Shown here one piece after another: positions 1 through 10,379 of a stretch of DNA of 64,000 nt. How positions within the stretch are numbered: position 1 is the stretch's first letter; each line of letters begins with the position of its first letter. This stretch comes from a phage. The stretch lies in sequence record PZ445429.1, one strand, 5' to 3'. The position numbers and the translations under genes are program-made. The notes beneath the pieces are model-generated. The model made no database searches and was not told where the DNA came from. It was given only the letters and a program-made list of their open reading frames with translations.

Positions 1-122
1 TTAGAATTACGAGACCCCGCAATACTTCCTTTCGCAGCTCTACCTTTAGCTACTCTACGAGTAAAATCACCTGTATCTGGATTATACTCGAAAAGTTCTT
101 TGAGCTTATCTTGTGTTATCAT
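1..122 (-). CDS. HNH homing-endonuclease-like protein, N-terminal fragment (runs off window edge)
   Basis: Minus-strand ATG at 120-122 directly after the helicase stop; translation MITQDKLKELFEYNPDTGDFTRRVAKGRAAKGSIAG resembles N-termini of phage HNH/NUMOD-type endonucleases; truncated at position 1. Confidence 0.4.
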   Translation of the reverse strand, partial: MITQDKLKELFEYNPDTGDFTRRVAKGRAAKGSIAGSRNS

Positions 123-123
123 T

Positions 124-1470
124 TTATGCCTTAAATACTTCCTGGGCTAATCTAACTGCTTTCTCCGGAGTCATAGTAATAGTTTTCCACGCATTATTGC
201 GATACACGGCCATACGTCCAGAAGCCTGTCTTAAACCAGTACCTCCTTTCATAATTAAATCTACAACAATCGGATCTAGTTTTCCGTCAACAATACGTTG
301 AACGCGACCTGCTAGCTGTTCTATGAGAGATTCATTATTAATGAGACTTCCCATTATTAAACAAGACAGCTCGTTAAGAGAGATACCTTCTGAGAAGATA
401 CTCTGAGCTGCTGCAAGTACACATGGTCCGCCCTCCGCTACATCTTTCTGGATCCTTAATCGATCATCTAAAGGAGTTGCACCTATAATCTCATGGGTTG
501 TAACACCACGTTGTGCGAGAGCTTCTAGTATTGTTTGAATTAATTCTGTTCTATCACTTACAAAGAGAACCTTATGCCCCATAGACACATATAAATGAGC
601 TAGATTTATAATAGTTTCCCGATATTCAGGATGATTATATACATCGTTAGCCCGTAGTGCCCACGGTACGTTCTGGTTTCCTGATAACTCAACAGGCACG
701 GAGTACCTATGGATTGTGGGTGGAACAGTGTTATTAACAGGTGGGCTAAAGATCTTATATCCAAAGAAATCTTTGAACATAACTTGTAAGCCATCTTTAC
801 GTTTTAACGTGCCTGATAGACCGATCTTGTAGCGAGCACACGAGATCTCTAGGAAATTAGTGAAAGTTGTAGCCACACAGTGGTGAACTTCATCAACTAT
901 AACAGTACCGAACACCTTAGAAAGATTATTCGCATGTTTGTTCACTGTTTGTATATTACTGACCACGATTGGTGGATCAATATTATACTTCCCAGAACCT
1001 ATAATACCAGGCTCGAACCCAAACCATTTACGAACTTCTGCAGCCCACATTTCACGAATGGATGTGTTAGTGCAGATTACCAGAGTTTTCTGACCAAACT
1101 TATACGCAAGAGCTAGAGCTAAGATAGTTTTACCAAATCCAGGCTTACCATTGATAATACAAGTATCATCACACTCTTCATATATAGGAAGCTGATCTTC
1201 TTCACGTAGCTTGAACTGAGGTTCTGGTATTTCTACCGGAGCTAACGTGCGTTTATCAACTAATTCGTATTTTACTCCCTTAGCCTCTAGTAAATCCAGA
1301 CGCGTAACGGGAATCCACTTAATCTCTTTAGCAACAACACCACTATTCTTATACATAATAGGGTATTTACTAGTCATTGTCTCGATGTGATAAGTGGTTT
1401 GTTTACTACAGTAATCCCAGAGTTCATCATCGGGCTTGAAATAGGCTTTATTAGATATAACAACCTTCAT
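124..1470 (-). CDS. SF2 ATP-dependent DNA helicase
   Basis: 448 aa; Walker A GKPGFGKT, DEVHH box, helicase C-terminal motifs. Confidence 0.8.
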   Translation of the reverse strand: MKVVISNKAYFKPDDELWDYCSKQTTYHIETMTSKYPIMYKNSGVVAKEIKWIPVTRLDLLEAKGVKYELVDKRTLAPVEIPEPQFKLREEDQLPIYEECDDTCIINGKPGFGKTILALALAYKFGQKTLVICTNTSIREMWAAEVRKWFGFEPGIIGSGKYNIDPPIVVSNIQTVNKHANNLSKVFGTVIVDEVHHCVATTFTNFLEISCARYKIGLSGTLKRKDGLQVMFKDFFGYKIFSPPVNNTVPPTIHRYSVPVELSGNQNVPWALRANDVYNHPEYRETIINLAHLYVSMGHKVLFVSDRTELIQTILEALAQRGVTTHEIIGATPLDDRLRIQKDVAEGGPCVLAAAQSIFSEGISLNELSCLIMGSLINNESLIEQLAGRVQRIVDGKLDPIVVDLIMKGGTGLRQASGRMAVYRNNAWKTITMTPEKAVRLAQEVFKA

Positions 1471-1964
1471 AATTTTATTCTAAGTCTAGGAATTTCAGGC
1501 TCCTCTTGATGGACTTGGTAAATAACAGGGCTATTATTTACCAGAATATAGCTTATATAAGCTGGAACATAGGATAGTACGAATGGATATGGAACTTTGG
1601 CCACATAACATTGATACTTTCCATTATAAATTCTTGCAGAATGCAGAACTTTAGACGTGATAACATCATAGAACGTAGTTTTCTTCCAATTAATAAGATT
1701 TCCATCAGAATCTATGAACTGGCTACGCTTTGACCCAACTAATTGGGACAACATTGATATTCTACCACGAATAGGATAGAGCTTATAAGGTAATTCTTTC
1801 CGCTTCTCGAATAGGTCTAACCTACGTTGAGAGAATGTGCCAGGCAACTTCCTGTTATCTAGCACATATTTATTATATCTTGTTGTAATTACGGAATAAT
1901 CACCTTCCTGCTCAATTGATACAAACGCCCGTAAAGCATATACGGGCAATTTGAAATCAAGCAC
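1467..1964 (-). CDS. hypothetical protein
   Basis: 165-aa ORF overlapping neighbouring gene ends by 4 and 8 nt inside the replication operon. Confidence 0.5.
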   Translation of the reverse strand: MLDFKLPVYALRAFVSIEQEGDYSVITTRYNKYVLDNRKLPGTFSQRRLDLFEKRKELPYKLYPIRGRISMLSQLVGSKRSQFIDSDGNLINWKKTTFYDVITSKVLHSARIYNGKYQCYVAKVPYPFVLSYVPAYISYILVNNSPVIYQVHQEEPEIPRLRIKL

Positions 1965-4524
1965 CTAAAATCCTTTTCACATTATCCAGATCTTTACATA
2001 CAGCAATAAACTTATCATCCTTGTACTTGCTGTGGTCTGGGTGCTCTTTATCCATTGCAACTAACTTCTTATACTCGAAATCTGCATCGAGTAATACACC
2101 CTTAACATAACGAGTATATTCATCATCATCAATACAAGCGATTGATGGGTGCTGTTTCTTCATCTTACCACAAGAGTAGTCGCGAGAACCACCTTTCTCA
2201 GAATCAGAATCAATACCGATTGGGCAGCCAGGGATACTAATACCACGATCCTTCTGGATGTTACGAATCAGAATCTCGTTATACTGATCGATCAGATCTT
2301 CACGTACAATGGCAACCACGGAGTCGTGAACCAACATGACGATCTTCATCTCTTTTCCTAGACCCAGTGACAGGATTTCTTCATCAGCATCAATAGCACC
2401 TAACAACAGGCTATCAGAAGATGCAGACTGAATGATTGCGTTAAATCCAGAACGGATTTCTTCACCCTGAACACCACGATCTTCGGAATGGATGTTGTGC
2501 AGACGACGCTTACGACCAAAGTGACTATAGATGAATCCAAAGTTCTTGATCTGATCGTGGCACTTATCAATCCAACGCTTAAGCTGAGGGAACTGACCGA
2601 AGTAAGTTTCGATATAGTCCTTAGCATCTGCAACGGTACATTCAACAAACGGTTCGCCTGTCTTAGCAGCCTGTTCCAGAAGAGCTTCGTTAACAGAATG
2701 AGCTACTTTCGCTGGGCCAGAACCATACAGAATACCGAAGGTAATTGCCTTAGCAGCCTGACGCAGAGCTGGGAACAGCTTTTTAACATCACGTGGTTCA
2801 CAGGTCAGTTTAAATACCATGTGTGCGATGTTTGAGTGGAAGTCAGGGTATTTATCCGGCTCATTCTTCATGTTGATAAATACTTGTTGCATGTTTCTGT
2901 CACCAGACAGTACAGCAGCGTAATAAACTTCCGCAGTTGTTAAGTCCCATGCGATTACACGATATCCAGGGGGAGCTACTACACAACCCTTGATAATAGA
3001 TTCATCACGTGGTAACTGTTGCAGGTTTAGCTTACCAGAAGAACTCAGACGACCAGAAGTAGTCATGTGTTCGTGGAAACCGGTACGAATGCAACCATCT
3101 GCATCGATGCTCAGAAGAATCTTCTCAACATAAGTAGAGATCAGCTTAGTCAGCTTACGAATCTCTAGCAGAGTTTTAGCAATCGGGTGCTGAGTAGCCA
3201 GTTCATTCAGAGCTTCTGCATTTGTAGAATCTGCACCTGTATCCGTCAGTTTACCAGTTGGAGTCAAACCAACATAATCAAACAGAAGAACACGGAGTTG
3301 CTTAACAGAGTTCGGGTTAAACGCTTCGTTCTGATTCTTCTCCAGCTGAACGACTTCTGGATAAGTATACAGCTTCTCACGAGCCATATTTAATCGATGT
3401 GTCAACTGATACTGAGCTTCTTTCAAGCGATCAACGGAAATCGGTACACCACGATCTTCAACACGTTGCAGGAATACACAACCAGGCATCAGAACTTCGT
3501 AGTATAGACTGCAAAGCTTTTCGTTCTTCTCAATTTTTGGTAAGAAGAAGTTATGCAGACGCAGAGTAGCATCGGTATCTTTTGCAGCATATGGCCACAT
3601 AATATCAAAAGGAATCAGATCATAGCTGAAATCCTCTTTTTTGATCTTATGTGCCTTGCAATAATCATCCTTGAACTTATCCAGTTCAAAGTCATAATCG
3701 CCCATGTCAGTATACTTCATAGCCAGAGATTTCAAGCCGTGAGTACCACGACGTTCATCAAGAACATAGTGTTGCAACATGGTATCATGAAGTCTACGCT
3801 CTTTATGTGCTTTCTCGAAGGAAAGTCCTAGATGATAGGAGTAAAAGTGCATATCGAACTTCAAGTTATGAAAAACGATCTGATGATTCTTGCTATCCAG
3901 AATTTTCTGGAGATAATGTACAGCTACTTCGGTAATGCTGTCAGAGTCAATATAGACACCCTGATACTCTTGGTGAGACATAGAAACACCAAGAAGATAA
4001 CCATCACGAGCATACAGAGCTGAGGTTTCGGAGTCGAATGCGATAGGTCCGATAACCATATTATACACCATCTTGATGTATTCTTCAGCTTCATCTGGAT
4101 CAGTAATAGGACGATAATCACCAGCTTTTGCAATCTTCTCACGACCATTAATAATGTCATGAATACTTTCAACAGTTGCATCGAAAACTGGTTTCATTTC
4201 AGGTTTAAAGTGTAGCTGAGCTGGACTAATACTTGCAATCCAGTTGGCATAGCCTCCATGCTCTACACGTTTACCAGTATAATCACCGATACCTTTCTTA
4301 CCTGCGAAATACAGGAAAGGTTCAGCACCAACTAGTACAACAAAATCGTAATCGTTCGGATCGAACGGGTTATCTGGAGTTCCGATTGTAATATGCTTTT
4401 TCAGCAAACGGCCAGATAACTTCTCGTTACACATATGGAATACATCAACTTCCTCACCATAAAGCTGGAAGTGTTTATCATAACGAGTGTTATTTAGAGC
4501 TTTATCAACTACTGCAATTTTCAA
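1957..4524 (-). CDS. DNA polymerase, family A, with 3'-5' exonuclease domain
   Basis: 855 aa; exo motif DSETS, pol motif B KAITFGILYG, motif C LVHDS. Confidence 0.9.
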   Translation of the reverse strand: MKIAVVDKALNNTRYDKHFQLYGEEVDVFHMCNEKLSGRLLKKHITIGTPDNPFDPNDYDFVVLVGAEPFLYFAGKKGIGDYTGKRVEHGGYANWIASISPAQLHFKPEMKPVFDATVESIHDIINGREKIAKAGDYRPITDPDEAEEYIKMVYNMVIGPIAFDSETSALYARDGYLLGVSMSHQEYQGVYIDSDSITEVAVHYLQKILDSKNHQIVFHNLKFDMHFYSYHLGLSFEKAHKERRLHDTMLQHYVLDERRGTHGLKSLAMKYTDMGDYDFELDKFKDDYCKAHKIKKEDFSYDLIPFDIMWPYAAKDTDATLRLHNFFLPKIEKNEKLCSLYYEVLMPGCVFLQRVEDRGVPISVDRLKEAQYQLTHRLNMAREKLYTYPEVVQLEKNQNEAFNPNSVKQLRVLLFDYVGLTPTGKLTDTGADSTNAEALNELATQHPIAKTLLEIRKLTKLISTYVEKILLSIDADGCIRTGFHEHMTTSGRLSSSGKLNLQQLPRDESIIKGCVVAPPGYRVIAWDLTTAEVYYAAVLSGDRNMQQVFINMKNEPDKYPDFHSNIAHMVFKLTCEPRDVKKLFPALRQAAKAITFGILYGSGPAKVAHSVNEALLEQAAKTGEPFVECTVADAKDYIETYFGQFPQLKRWIDKCHDQIKNFGFIYSHFGRKRRLHNIHSEDRGVQGEEIRSGFNAIIQSASSDSLLLGAIDADEEILSLGLGKEMKIVMLVHDSVVAIVREDLIDQYNEILIRNIQKDRGISIPGCPIGIDSDSEKGGSRDYSCGKMKKQHPSIACIDDDEYTRYVKGVLLDADFEYKKLVAMDKEHPDHSKYKDDKFIAVCKDLDNVKRILGA

Positions 4525-4586
4525 ATTTAGTCTCCTTTTGGTAAGTAAGTATAACTTCAGTGTTTCTTCTCTAACTTACCAATATA

Positions 4587-5477
4587 TTATACCAAATCTT
4601 TGAGCGATTCGGCAACTAAAATTTCAATACGTTGAGCCAACATATCGATCTCTTCTTTATTTAAGTCACCTGGGTCTTTGCCTTCTGGAAGAAGGAAGTT
4701 ACCAACTACAGGTGTTAAACGTGTTTTTGTACGAATTAGCTTCGCTAGTGCTTGGGCAGCTTTATTACCAGAGGCATCATTATCTAGCAAGATAACAACT
4801 ACTCTTACTCCAGCAATAATGTAAGGACTAAACTTATCCGCAATGTTATCAGATGTAAACTGATGTGTACCAAAGCAGCAAGAAGCATAATCTACACCAT
4901 TGTCTTCTAGATTTAACATATCAAAGATACCTTCAACTAGAACAAGAACTGGTGTATTATATCGTACAGGGAAAATCGGTGGTGAAACTTGTTTTGGTTT
5001 TACTAAGTATTTAGGAGGGGCAGAACTGTTTATAGAACGTCCCAGGAATAGGATATTGCGTCCAACAGCATCTGTTATTGGGAATACAATTCTGCCTTCC
5101 CAGTCTGCTTGATGTTGGAAAGCAAAATATTTCTTCAAGGTCTTAGAACTGATACCTCGGAAATCACCTTCGAAAAGGTAAGCAGATTCAGGAATTGCAA
5201 GATTCGTAGATCCATTCCTAATCTCTGAAATCTTTTTACGTACTTGTGACAATCTTGGGGACTGTCTGTACTGAGTCTCATTAAAATAATGGTAAATGCT
5301 CGGTATTCCTCTACCGAAGCCACAGCTCAAGCAATGCATAATACCTGATTCAGGATCAATACGCAAGCTTGGGTGTTTATCATCATGATCTGGATTGAGA
5401 CAACAGATGAGGATGTCCCCACCTGTGTCTTTGTATTCAATGCCTTTCAGATCAAGTAGTTCTGTTATTCTACTCAT
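4587..5477 (-). CDS. DNA primase (DnaG-like zinc-binding plus Toprim)
   Basis: 296 aa; CCLNPDHDD...HCLSCG zinc motif, Toprim acidic motifs EGIFD and LLDNDASG. Confidence 0.8.
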   Translation of the reverse strand: MSRITELLDLKGIEYKDTGGDILICCLNPDHDDKHPSLRIDPESGIMHCLSCGFGRGIPSIYHYFNETQYRQSPRLSQVRKKISEIRNGSTNLAIPESAYLFEGDFRGISSKTLKKYFAFQHQADWEGRIVFPITDAVGRNILFLGRSINSSAPPKYLVKPKQVSPPIFPVRYNTPVLVLVEGIFDMLNLEDNGVDYASCCFGTHQFTSDNIADKFSPYIIAGVRVVVILLDNDASGNKAAQALAKLIRTKTRLTPVVGNFLLPEGKDPGDLNKEEIDMLAQRIEILVAESLKDLV

Positions 5478-6997
5478 ATATCGCTGGCCTGTTCACCTGT
5501 TGAATTTTCAGCTTTGTCTTTCTTAGCACGTTTAGGTTGAGCTGGTTTATCCTTTTCAATAGGAATAACGAACTCAGCTTCCATTTGCGCAATATCTTCC
5601 ATTGCTAGGTTGGTAGTGTTATCCATTCGCAGAGTTTCCCAGTTCATCTTAGGCATAAACTTCACACTATCAGAGGAACGAGTCTTAACGAAGTCAAACA
5701 TAATAGCACCTTGACCATTATCAGCTTTTGCAGCATTAAGATTAGCAGCCATATCTGCGGAATCAAGAATCCCTTTAGACATACGCGTTCTACCATCTTG
5801 GTCAATCTGGTAAGGAGCAACACCAGCCACGTTATGTTTCTGGCAGATAGATTTGAAAGACGAACTAACGACCATCTGTTCTTTCCAGTCATACATGTCA
5901 ATGGTCTTTGAATCTGGAAGTCTTGTTTGGTTAATATAGTCTAGAAGAGCTACAGTAACCTTATCACCATATTTAGCAACTAGTTTATTTAATTCTACGT
6001 CAACCGTCGTAATAGACAGTTCAGGATCGTAAACGATGATCATAGGAGTGTGAAGCTCATAGCCTTCAAGGAGTTTACTTTCCATATCATAGAAGTCACT
6101 CATTTTAGCCATAGTGTATTGCTTAACGAAGTTATCGAAAAGCTCTTCACCCCCATTAAACATCCTAGCCCTAGTTCTGGCTAATCTCAACAGAGCAGCA
6201 CCTTCAAGAGTGTTATTACGCATTGCTAATGCAGATACTCCAGCTAACATAGCCAGATTACGTCTAAACACTTCGTGCTCTTTCATCTCAATTGAGAAGT
6301 ATGGAGCAATGTCTCCATTCAAATATTGCTGAACCTGTATGTTTGAACAGATAATGGATTTACCAGTACCACGCCAACCACCAAGCAGTAACGTTTCTGT
6401 GCGAGCTAAACCAATTTGAGCGTCGAACTCATTACAAATACCAAGAGCGATCAAGTTCAGTTTGGTATCTTCTTCTCTCTGGAAAATACGCATTGTGTCT
6501 GCGTTGAATACCTTTCCAGTATTCGTTACTTTCTCTTCTAATTTTAAGTGAAGGGAGGCAACTCGGTTGAGAATTTCTCCCTGATCCAGCATTGTTAAAT
6601 CTTGAAGCACGTCTGTTTCTAGAAGTTTCAGGAATAGATCCTGTGTATATTCGGCTTCTAGGACTTCAAGCGCCTGTTCCATGCTCACTTCTGGAATTTG
6701 AGTGTTAGCTAAGACGACAAGAGCTTGAGAAAGGCGGGCGTTCCTATTGGCCTCAAGCATCAGTGCGTCAATGGACGGCATTGCGTTATATTTCTTATAA
6801 TAATTCTGGACGGCTTGGTAAATTGAGGAGAAAGCGTCATTAAAATGATCTTTATGCAGTTTTGAGAATGTTTCCAATGCTATTTGCTTCTGTTCAGAAG
6901 CGAGAAGCATCTTCAACACTACAGCTTGCACGTTAAACAAGGTCATTCTCCTTTGCACGCTTTCGTGCCTTCTAAATGCAAAAAGGGGAAGGAGCAT
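5474..6997 (-). CDS. replicative DNA helicase (DnaB-like)
   Basis: 507 aa; Walker A GGWRGTGKS; 4-nt overlap with primase gene. Confidence 0.75.
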   Translation of the reverse strand: MLLPLFAFRRHESVQRRMTLFNVQAVVLKMLLASEQKQIALETFSKLHKDHFNDAFSSIYQAVQNYYKKYNAMPSIDALMLEANRNARLSQALVVLANTQIPEVSMEQALEVLEAEYTQDLFLKLLETDVLQDLTMLDQGEILNRVASLHLKLEEKVTNTGKVFNADTMRIFQREEDTKLNLIALGICNEFDAQIGLARTETLLLGGWRGTGKSIICSNIQVQQYLNGDIAPYFSIEMKEHEVFRRNLAMLAGVSALAMRNNTLEGAALLRLARTRARMFNGGEELFDNFVKQYTMAKMSDFYDMESKLLEGYELHTPMIIVYDPELSITTVDVELNKLVAKYGDKVTVALLDYINQTRLPDSKTIDMYDWKEQMVVSSSFKSICQKHNVAGVAPYQIDQDGRTRMSKGILDSADMAANLNAAKADNGQGAIMFDFVKTRSSDSVKFMPKMNWETLRMDNTTNLAMEDIAQMEAEFVIPIEKDKPAQPKRAKKDKAENSTGEQASDI

Positions 6998-7010
6998 AGC
7001 CCCCTCCCCT
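6977..7010 (-). terminator. rho-independent terminator (minus strand)
   Basis: Minus strand GGGGAGG...CCTTCCC plus TTTTT after gene ending 7029. Confidence 0.6.
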
Positions 7011-7028
7011 TAGGTTTAATTTACCAGA

Positions 7029-7796
7029 TTATTCAGCAGCCGCAGCTTTTGCATCCAGTTTAGCACGCTTAGCAGCACCATCATAGTCCTTAGCAACCAG
7101 ACCACGACGAGACAGCATAGATTTAACACCGCGCTCAGACTTACCAGTTTTCTCAGCAACTTCTGCAACAGTCATAGAAGCCAGATCCAGACCTTCTAAC
7201 AGATCTTCACGAGTCTTAGCACTTGATGTTTCCTGTACCGGCATAGCAGCGATACGACCTTCACGAAGCAGGCTCAGAGCTTTACCACGGATCTGCTTAA
7301 TATTACGACCGAAGTGAGCAGCGATAGCTTCAATAGTAGCACCAGCAACAACCTGATTAACGAAATCAGTTTCTTCGTCAGGAGTGAAGGAACGAACAGC
7401 AGCAGCTTTTTCAGTTGGCTTAACAGAAGCGGTCATTTCCAGACTCAGGATCTTACCCTGTACCTGCTTAGCACCGAACTGACCACCAGCTACAGCAGCA
7501 GCGATTTCAGCGTAAGTATACTGACCAGCATGAGCGTTCAGGAAATCAACTAGTTCAGCTTCCTGCTCAGGAGTCCACGGGGATTTCTGTACTTCGTTAG
7601 CTTTCTGTACTTCGAAACCTTCTTTACGCAGCTTAGAGCCAACAGAGCGAGCGGTAACGTCTTTGCCAGTCTCGGTAGCCAGTTCAGCAGCGATAGCAGC
7701 TACTTGTTCTTGAGAGATTACAGCAACACCCAGAGCAGTGGCTTTTGCTTTCAGAGACTCGGTTACACCTTCTACGTTCCAGTTCAGTTTAGACAT
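7029..7796 (-). CDS. hypothetical Ala/Glu-rich protein with internal ~45-aa repeats (possible DNA-binding)
   Basis: 255-aa ORF, GC-richer codon usage; repeats TPEQEAELVDFL... and TPDEETDFVNQV...; minus-strand terminator downstream. Confidence 0.5.
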   Translation of the reverse strand: MSKLNWNVEGVTESLKAKATALGVAVISQEQVAAIAAELATETGKDVTARSVGSKLRKEGFEVQKANEVQKSPWTPEQEAELVDFLNAHAGQYTYAEIAAAVAGGQFGAKQVQGKILSLEMTASVKPTEKAAAVRSFTPDEETDFVNQVVAGATIEAIAAHFGRNIKQIRGKALSLLREGRIAAMPVQETSSAKTREDLLEGLDLASMTVAEVAEKTGKSERGVKSMLSRRGLVAKDYDGAAKRAKLDAKAAAAE

Positions 7797-8571
7797 TATT
7801 ATTTTTCTCCAATAGTTCTTTAATCGACAGGATTTCTATCCCATTCGTTTCGGCTTTCTTATAAGATGAGGAAGAACGTTTTGATTCATCCTCACAGATT
7901 AGGTATTTGACGTCTTTGGTAACGGACTTCTTGACCGTATATCCTAGACTTTCTAAATAGTTTGTTGCATCCGTTCGATTTGCAAAGTCTTGCAAAGATC
8001 CGGTAATACAGACCGTGATTCCATTTGGCTGGGCAACTAAATCATCTGTAATGATGATATCAGCTTTAGCACCTCGAATACCAGTTGAGAATTTCCACGG
8101 TAGTTCAATAACATCCTTGCCTTGTGGGGAATTTAGCCAGGTTTTGTAATTTTCTCCAGCCTTGCCGTCAGCCTTCACATCGTGGAAGCTAGTGCAATTT
8201 TGGGACAGTTTCTTTGCTGCAACCTCTCCAATAAGAGGAATTCCTAAAGAACCGAGAACTGAACCAAAGTCAATGTCTCCGCGAACCTTAGTATTTAACT
8301 CGCTAATCAACTTAGCGGCAACCTTGCTACCCACAGCTCCTACCAAATCTTCTTCGGTCAGGTAAAACAGTTCTGAGATCTTAGTCAGCTCCAGCTTCTC
8401 AATAGTTTTCGGGCCAAAGCCCTTTAACTTCATTTTTGTGCAGAAGTTCTCGATTAACTTACTTGATTGCGCTGGACAGTTGGACTTATTCCTACAGAAT
8501 AATTGCCCGTTGACAAGATCTAGCTTAGAACCACAAGAGGGACATTGTGTTGGAATTTCGATTTTCATCAA
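7789..8571 (-). CDS. NAD-dependent DNA ligase, C-terminal part (Zn finger, HhH, BRCT-like)
   Basis: 260 aa; CPSCGSKL...C..C zinc motif, HhH GFGPKTIEKL. Confidence 0.8.
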   Translation of the reverse strand: MMKIEIPTQCPSCGSKLDLVNGQLFCRNKSNCPAQSSKLIENFCTKMKLKGFGPKTIEKLELTKISELFYLTEEDLVGAVGSKVAAKLISELNTKVRGDIDFGSVLGSLGIPLIGEVAAKKLSQNCTSFHDVKADGKAGENYKTWLNSPQGKDVIELPWKFSTGIRGAKADIIITDDLVAQPNGITVCITGSLQDFANRTDATNYLESLGYTVKKSVTKDVKYLICEDESKRSSSSYKKAETNGIEILSIKELLEKNNNV

Positions 8572-8598
8572 ATTTCTTCCTTATCAATTTATATAAAT

Positions 8599-8627
8599 AT
8601 TATAGCAAGTATTTAAGCATTTAGCAA
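8599..8627 (-). promoter_or_regulatory. N25-type promoter in the gap between the two ligase ORFs
   Basis: Minus strand: TTGCTA, 17 bp, TATAAT then TATAAATTGATAAGGAAG before ATG of 7789-8571; a second TTGACA-17-TATACT lies further upstream. Confidence 0.6.
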
Positions 8628-8770
8628 CTACAATTTTAACTAACTTTGCTTACCCTCGCCATAACTTTCTATCCCTCAACTGAATGATAATAGTATATAC
8701 CTAAGCGGCGAAAATGTCAATAACCACTTTATAATTCCGACATGGTAAACGGGTAGCAAAGGGTTACGAA

Positions 8771-9745
8771 TTAGTCGTATACTCGCTCTACTATACAAGG
8801 GATTACACCACCAGCACGAATCACTCGAATCTGGCAACCGATCTCTAAATCGAGAGCGTTAATATAATCAACGTTATTAAGAGTTGCTTTAACGATTGTG
8901 GCATCATCAATAATCACCGGTTCGAAATAACCAACTGGAGTTACTTTACCAGAAGCCCCTACTTGCCATTCAACTTTAACAAGTGTGGTAATTTCGCCTT
9001 CTTCATCCTCTTTAATAGCAAATGCACCACGAGGAAATTTATTAGTCCAACCTTCACGGAAGAATTTGTTGTTATCATTAATACGAACAACTTTACCATC
9101 TGTCGGAATCCATTTAAAGAAGGAACGAACATTAATAACTGTCAAGAAGTTCTCATTCTCTAGCCAAAGCATATCTTTTAAATAGGCTTCTGTAATACCG
9201 ACTGTTTCCGCTGAACACTGGATACCATATGCAACGAAGATTAAACCACCTTCACCAATACGTTGCATGAAATCATCACTATCTTTTAGGTTAATAGCAC
9301 CAGAAGCATAGTTACGTTTGTTCTCTACTTCTTTAGTAATGAGAACTTCACCAGTGATTTGAGTTGGTACTTTTTGGGAAATAGTTTTGGGGATGTTCAG
9401 CATTTTAACATTATGCGTTACATCATTCCCTAGAATACCGTTACCACGAGTTAACGCTTGAACAAACTCACCATTAATATATAATAGAGAAATCGCACAA
9501 CCATCTAACTTATCAGTTTCAACCTGACCAAGTGGGTTGAATGGAGCTTTATCACCACGATCGTAATAGACTTTCTGCAAAGAATACATACGATACAAAT
9601 GAGGGATATCACCTTTCGGTCCGATTTCTTCCTCTAGTGGGAATCTTTTAATCAGACGATCATATTCTTCATCGGAAATAAGACTCATTCCCTGGTAGTA
9701 CGCTTCTTGACAACGTTTAATAAAGTCTTTTACATTATTCATCAT
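8771..9745 (-). CDS. NAD-dependent DNA ligase, N-terminal part (adenylation plus OB fold)
   Basis: 324 aa; adenylation motif TDKLDGCAISLLY (KxDG); OB-like C-terminus. Confidence 0.85.
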   Translation of the reverse strand: MMNNVKDFIKRCQEAYYQGMSLISDEEYDRLIKRFPLEEEIGPKGDIPHLYRMYSLQKVYYDRGDKAPFNPLGQVETDKLDGCAISLLYINGEFVQALTRGNGILGNDVTHNVKMLNIPKTISQKVPTQITGEVLITKEVENKRNYASGAINLKDSDDFMQRIGEGGLIFVAYGIQCSAETVGITEAYLKDMLWLENENFLTVINVRSFFKWIPTDGKVVRINDNNKFFREGWTNKFPRGAFAIKEDEEGEITTLVKVEWQVGASGKVTPVGYFEPVIIDDATIVKATLNNVDYINALDLEIGCQIRVIRAGGVIPCIVERVYD

Positions 9746-9953
9746 CTGCGATTTCCATTTTGAGTTCTTTACTATACTGTGCAGCCATACCAGCTAAATC
9801 AGCAGCTTCTTTCAACCACGCATCTTTGTACGCTTTCTGGTTTGGAGTGCCGATACTATCCTGGTAATTGATTCTTGCTATGGAGAGCAAATTAAGTTTT
9901 GCTTGAATCTTTGGAAGTGTTATTGTCATTGCCATAATTGATCCTCTCATCAA
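9735..9953 (-). CDS. hypothetical protein
   Basis: 72-aa ORF directly downstream of a minus-strand N25-type promoter. Confidence 0.4.
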   Translation of the reverse strand: MMRGSIMAMTITLPKIQAKLNLLSIARINYQDSIGTPNQKAYKDAWLKEAADLAGMAAQYSKELKMEIADDE

Positions 9954-9964
9954 TTTATATAAAT

Positions 9965-9993
9965 ATTATATATGAAAACTGAGTCGAAAGCAA
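9965..9993 (-). promoter_or_regulatory. N25-type promoter (minus strand)
   Basis: Minus strand: TTGCTT, 17 bp, TATAAT then TATAAATTGATGAGAGGATC before ATG at 9953. Confidence 0.65.
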
Positions 9994-10000
9994 GTACATT

Positions 10001-10035
10001 TATAAAGAAAAAGCCAAGAACTAGACATTCTTGGC
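10001..10035 (-). terminator. rho-independent terminator (minus strand)
   Basis: GCCAAGA...TCTTGGC hairpin with U-tract on minus strand after gene ending 10021. Confidence 0.6.
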
Positions 10036-10329
10036 TTTGAGTTCTTCAGCTCGTTTCTGTACTTCATGCAAGACCTCTGATTCACTGAGGATTTGCGTAA
10101 AAGCGTAGAATAGCTGTGATGTAGTTTCTAGGGTATAAGGAAAAGAGAAGCCGGATTTCGTTGGAAACCACTCTCCAGTAATATCTTGGAGCCAGTAACG
10201 AATTCCCATGTATAGATTCCCACGAAATTCAGATACGGTTAGTCTTACTTGTTCCCCCTCCTTCTCCCAAAGCATGATGGACTGGTCGTCAACGTGTCCT
10301 TCATAGTTTTGATTTACCTGATCGCTCAT
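10021..10329 (-). CDS. hypothetical protein
   Basis: 102-aa ORF followed by a minus-strand terminator hairpin. Confidence 0.5.
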   Translation of the reverse strand: MSDQVNQNYEGHVDDQSIMLWEKEGEQVRLTVSEFRGNLYMGIRYWLQDITGEWFPTKSGFSFPYTLETTSQLFYAFTQILSESEVLHEVQKRAEELKAKNV

Positions 10330-10379
10330 TTACATATCCCAAATACACAAAAAGCCCCATATAGGGGCTAATTGGTTTC

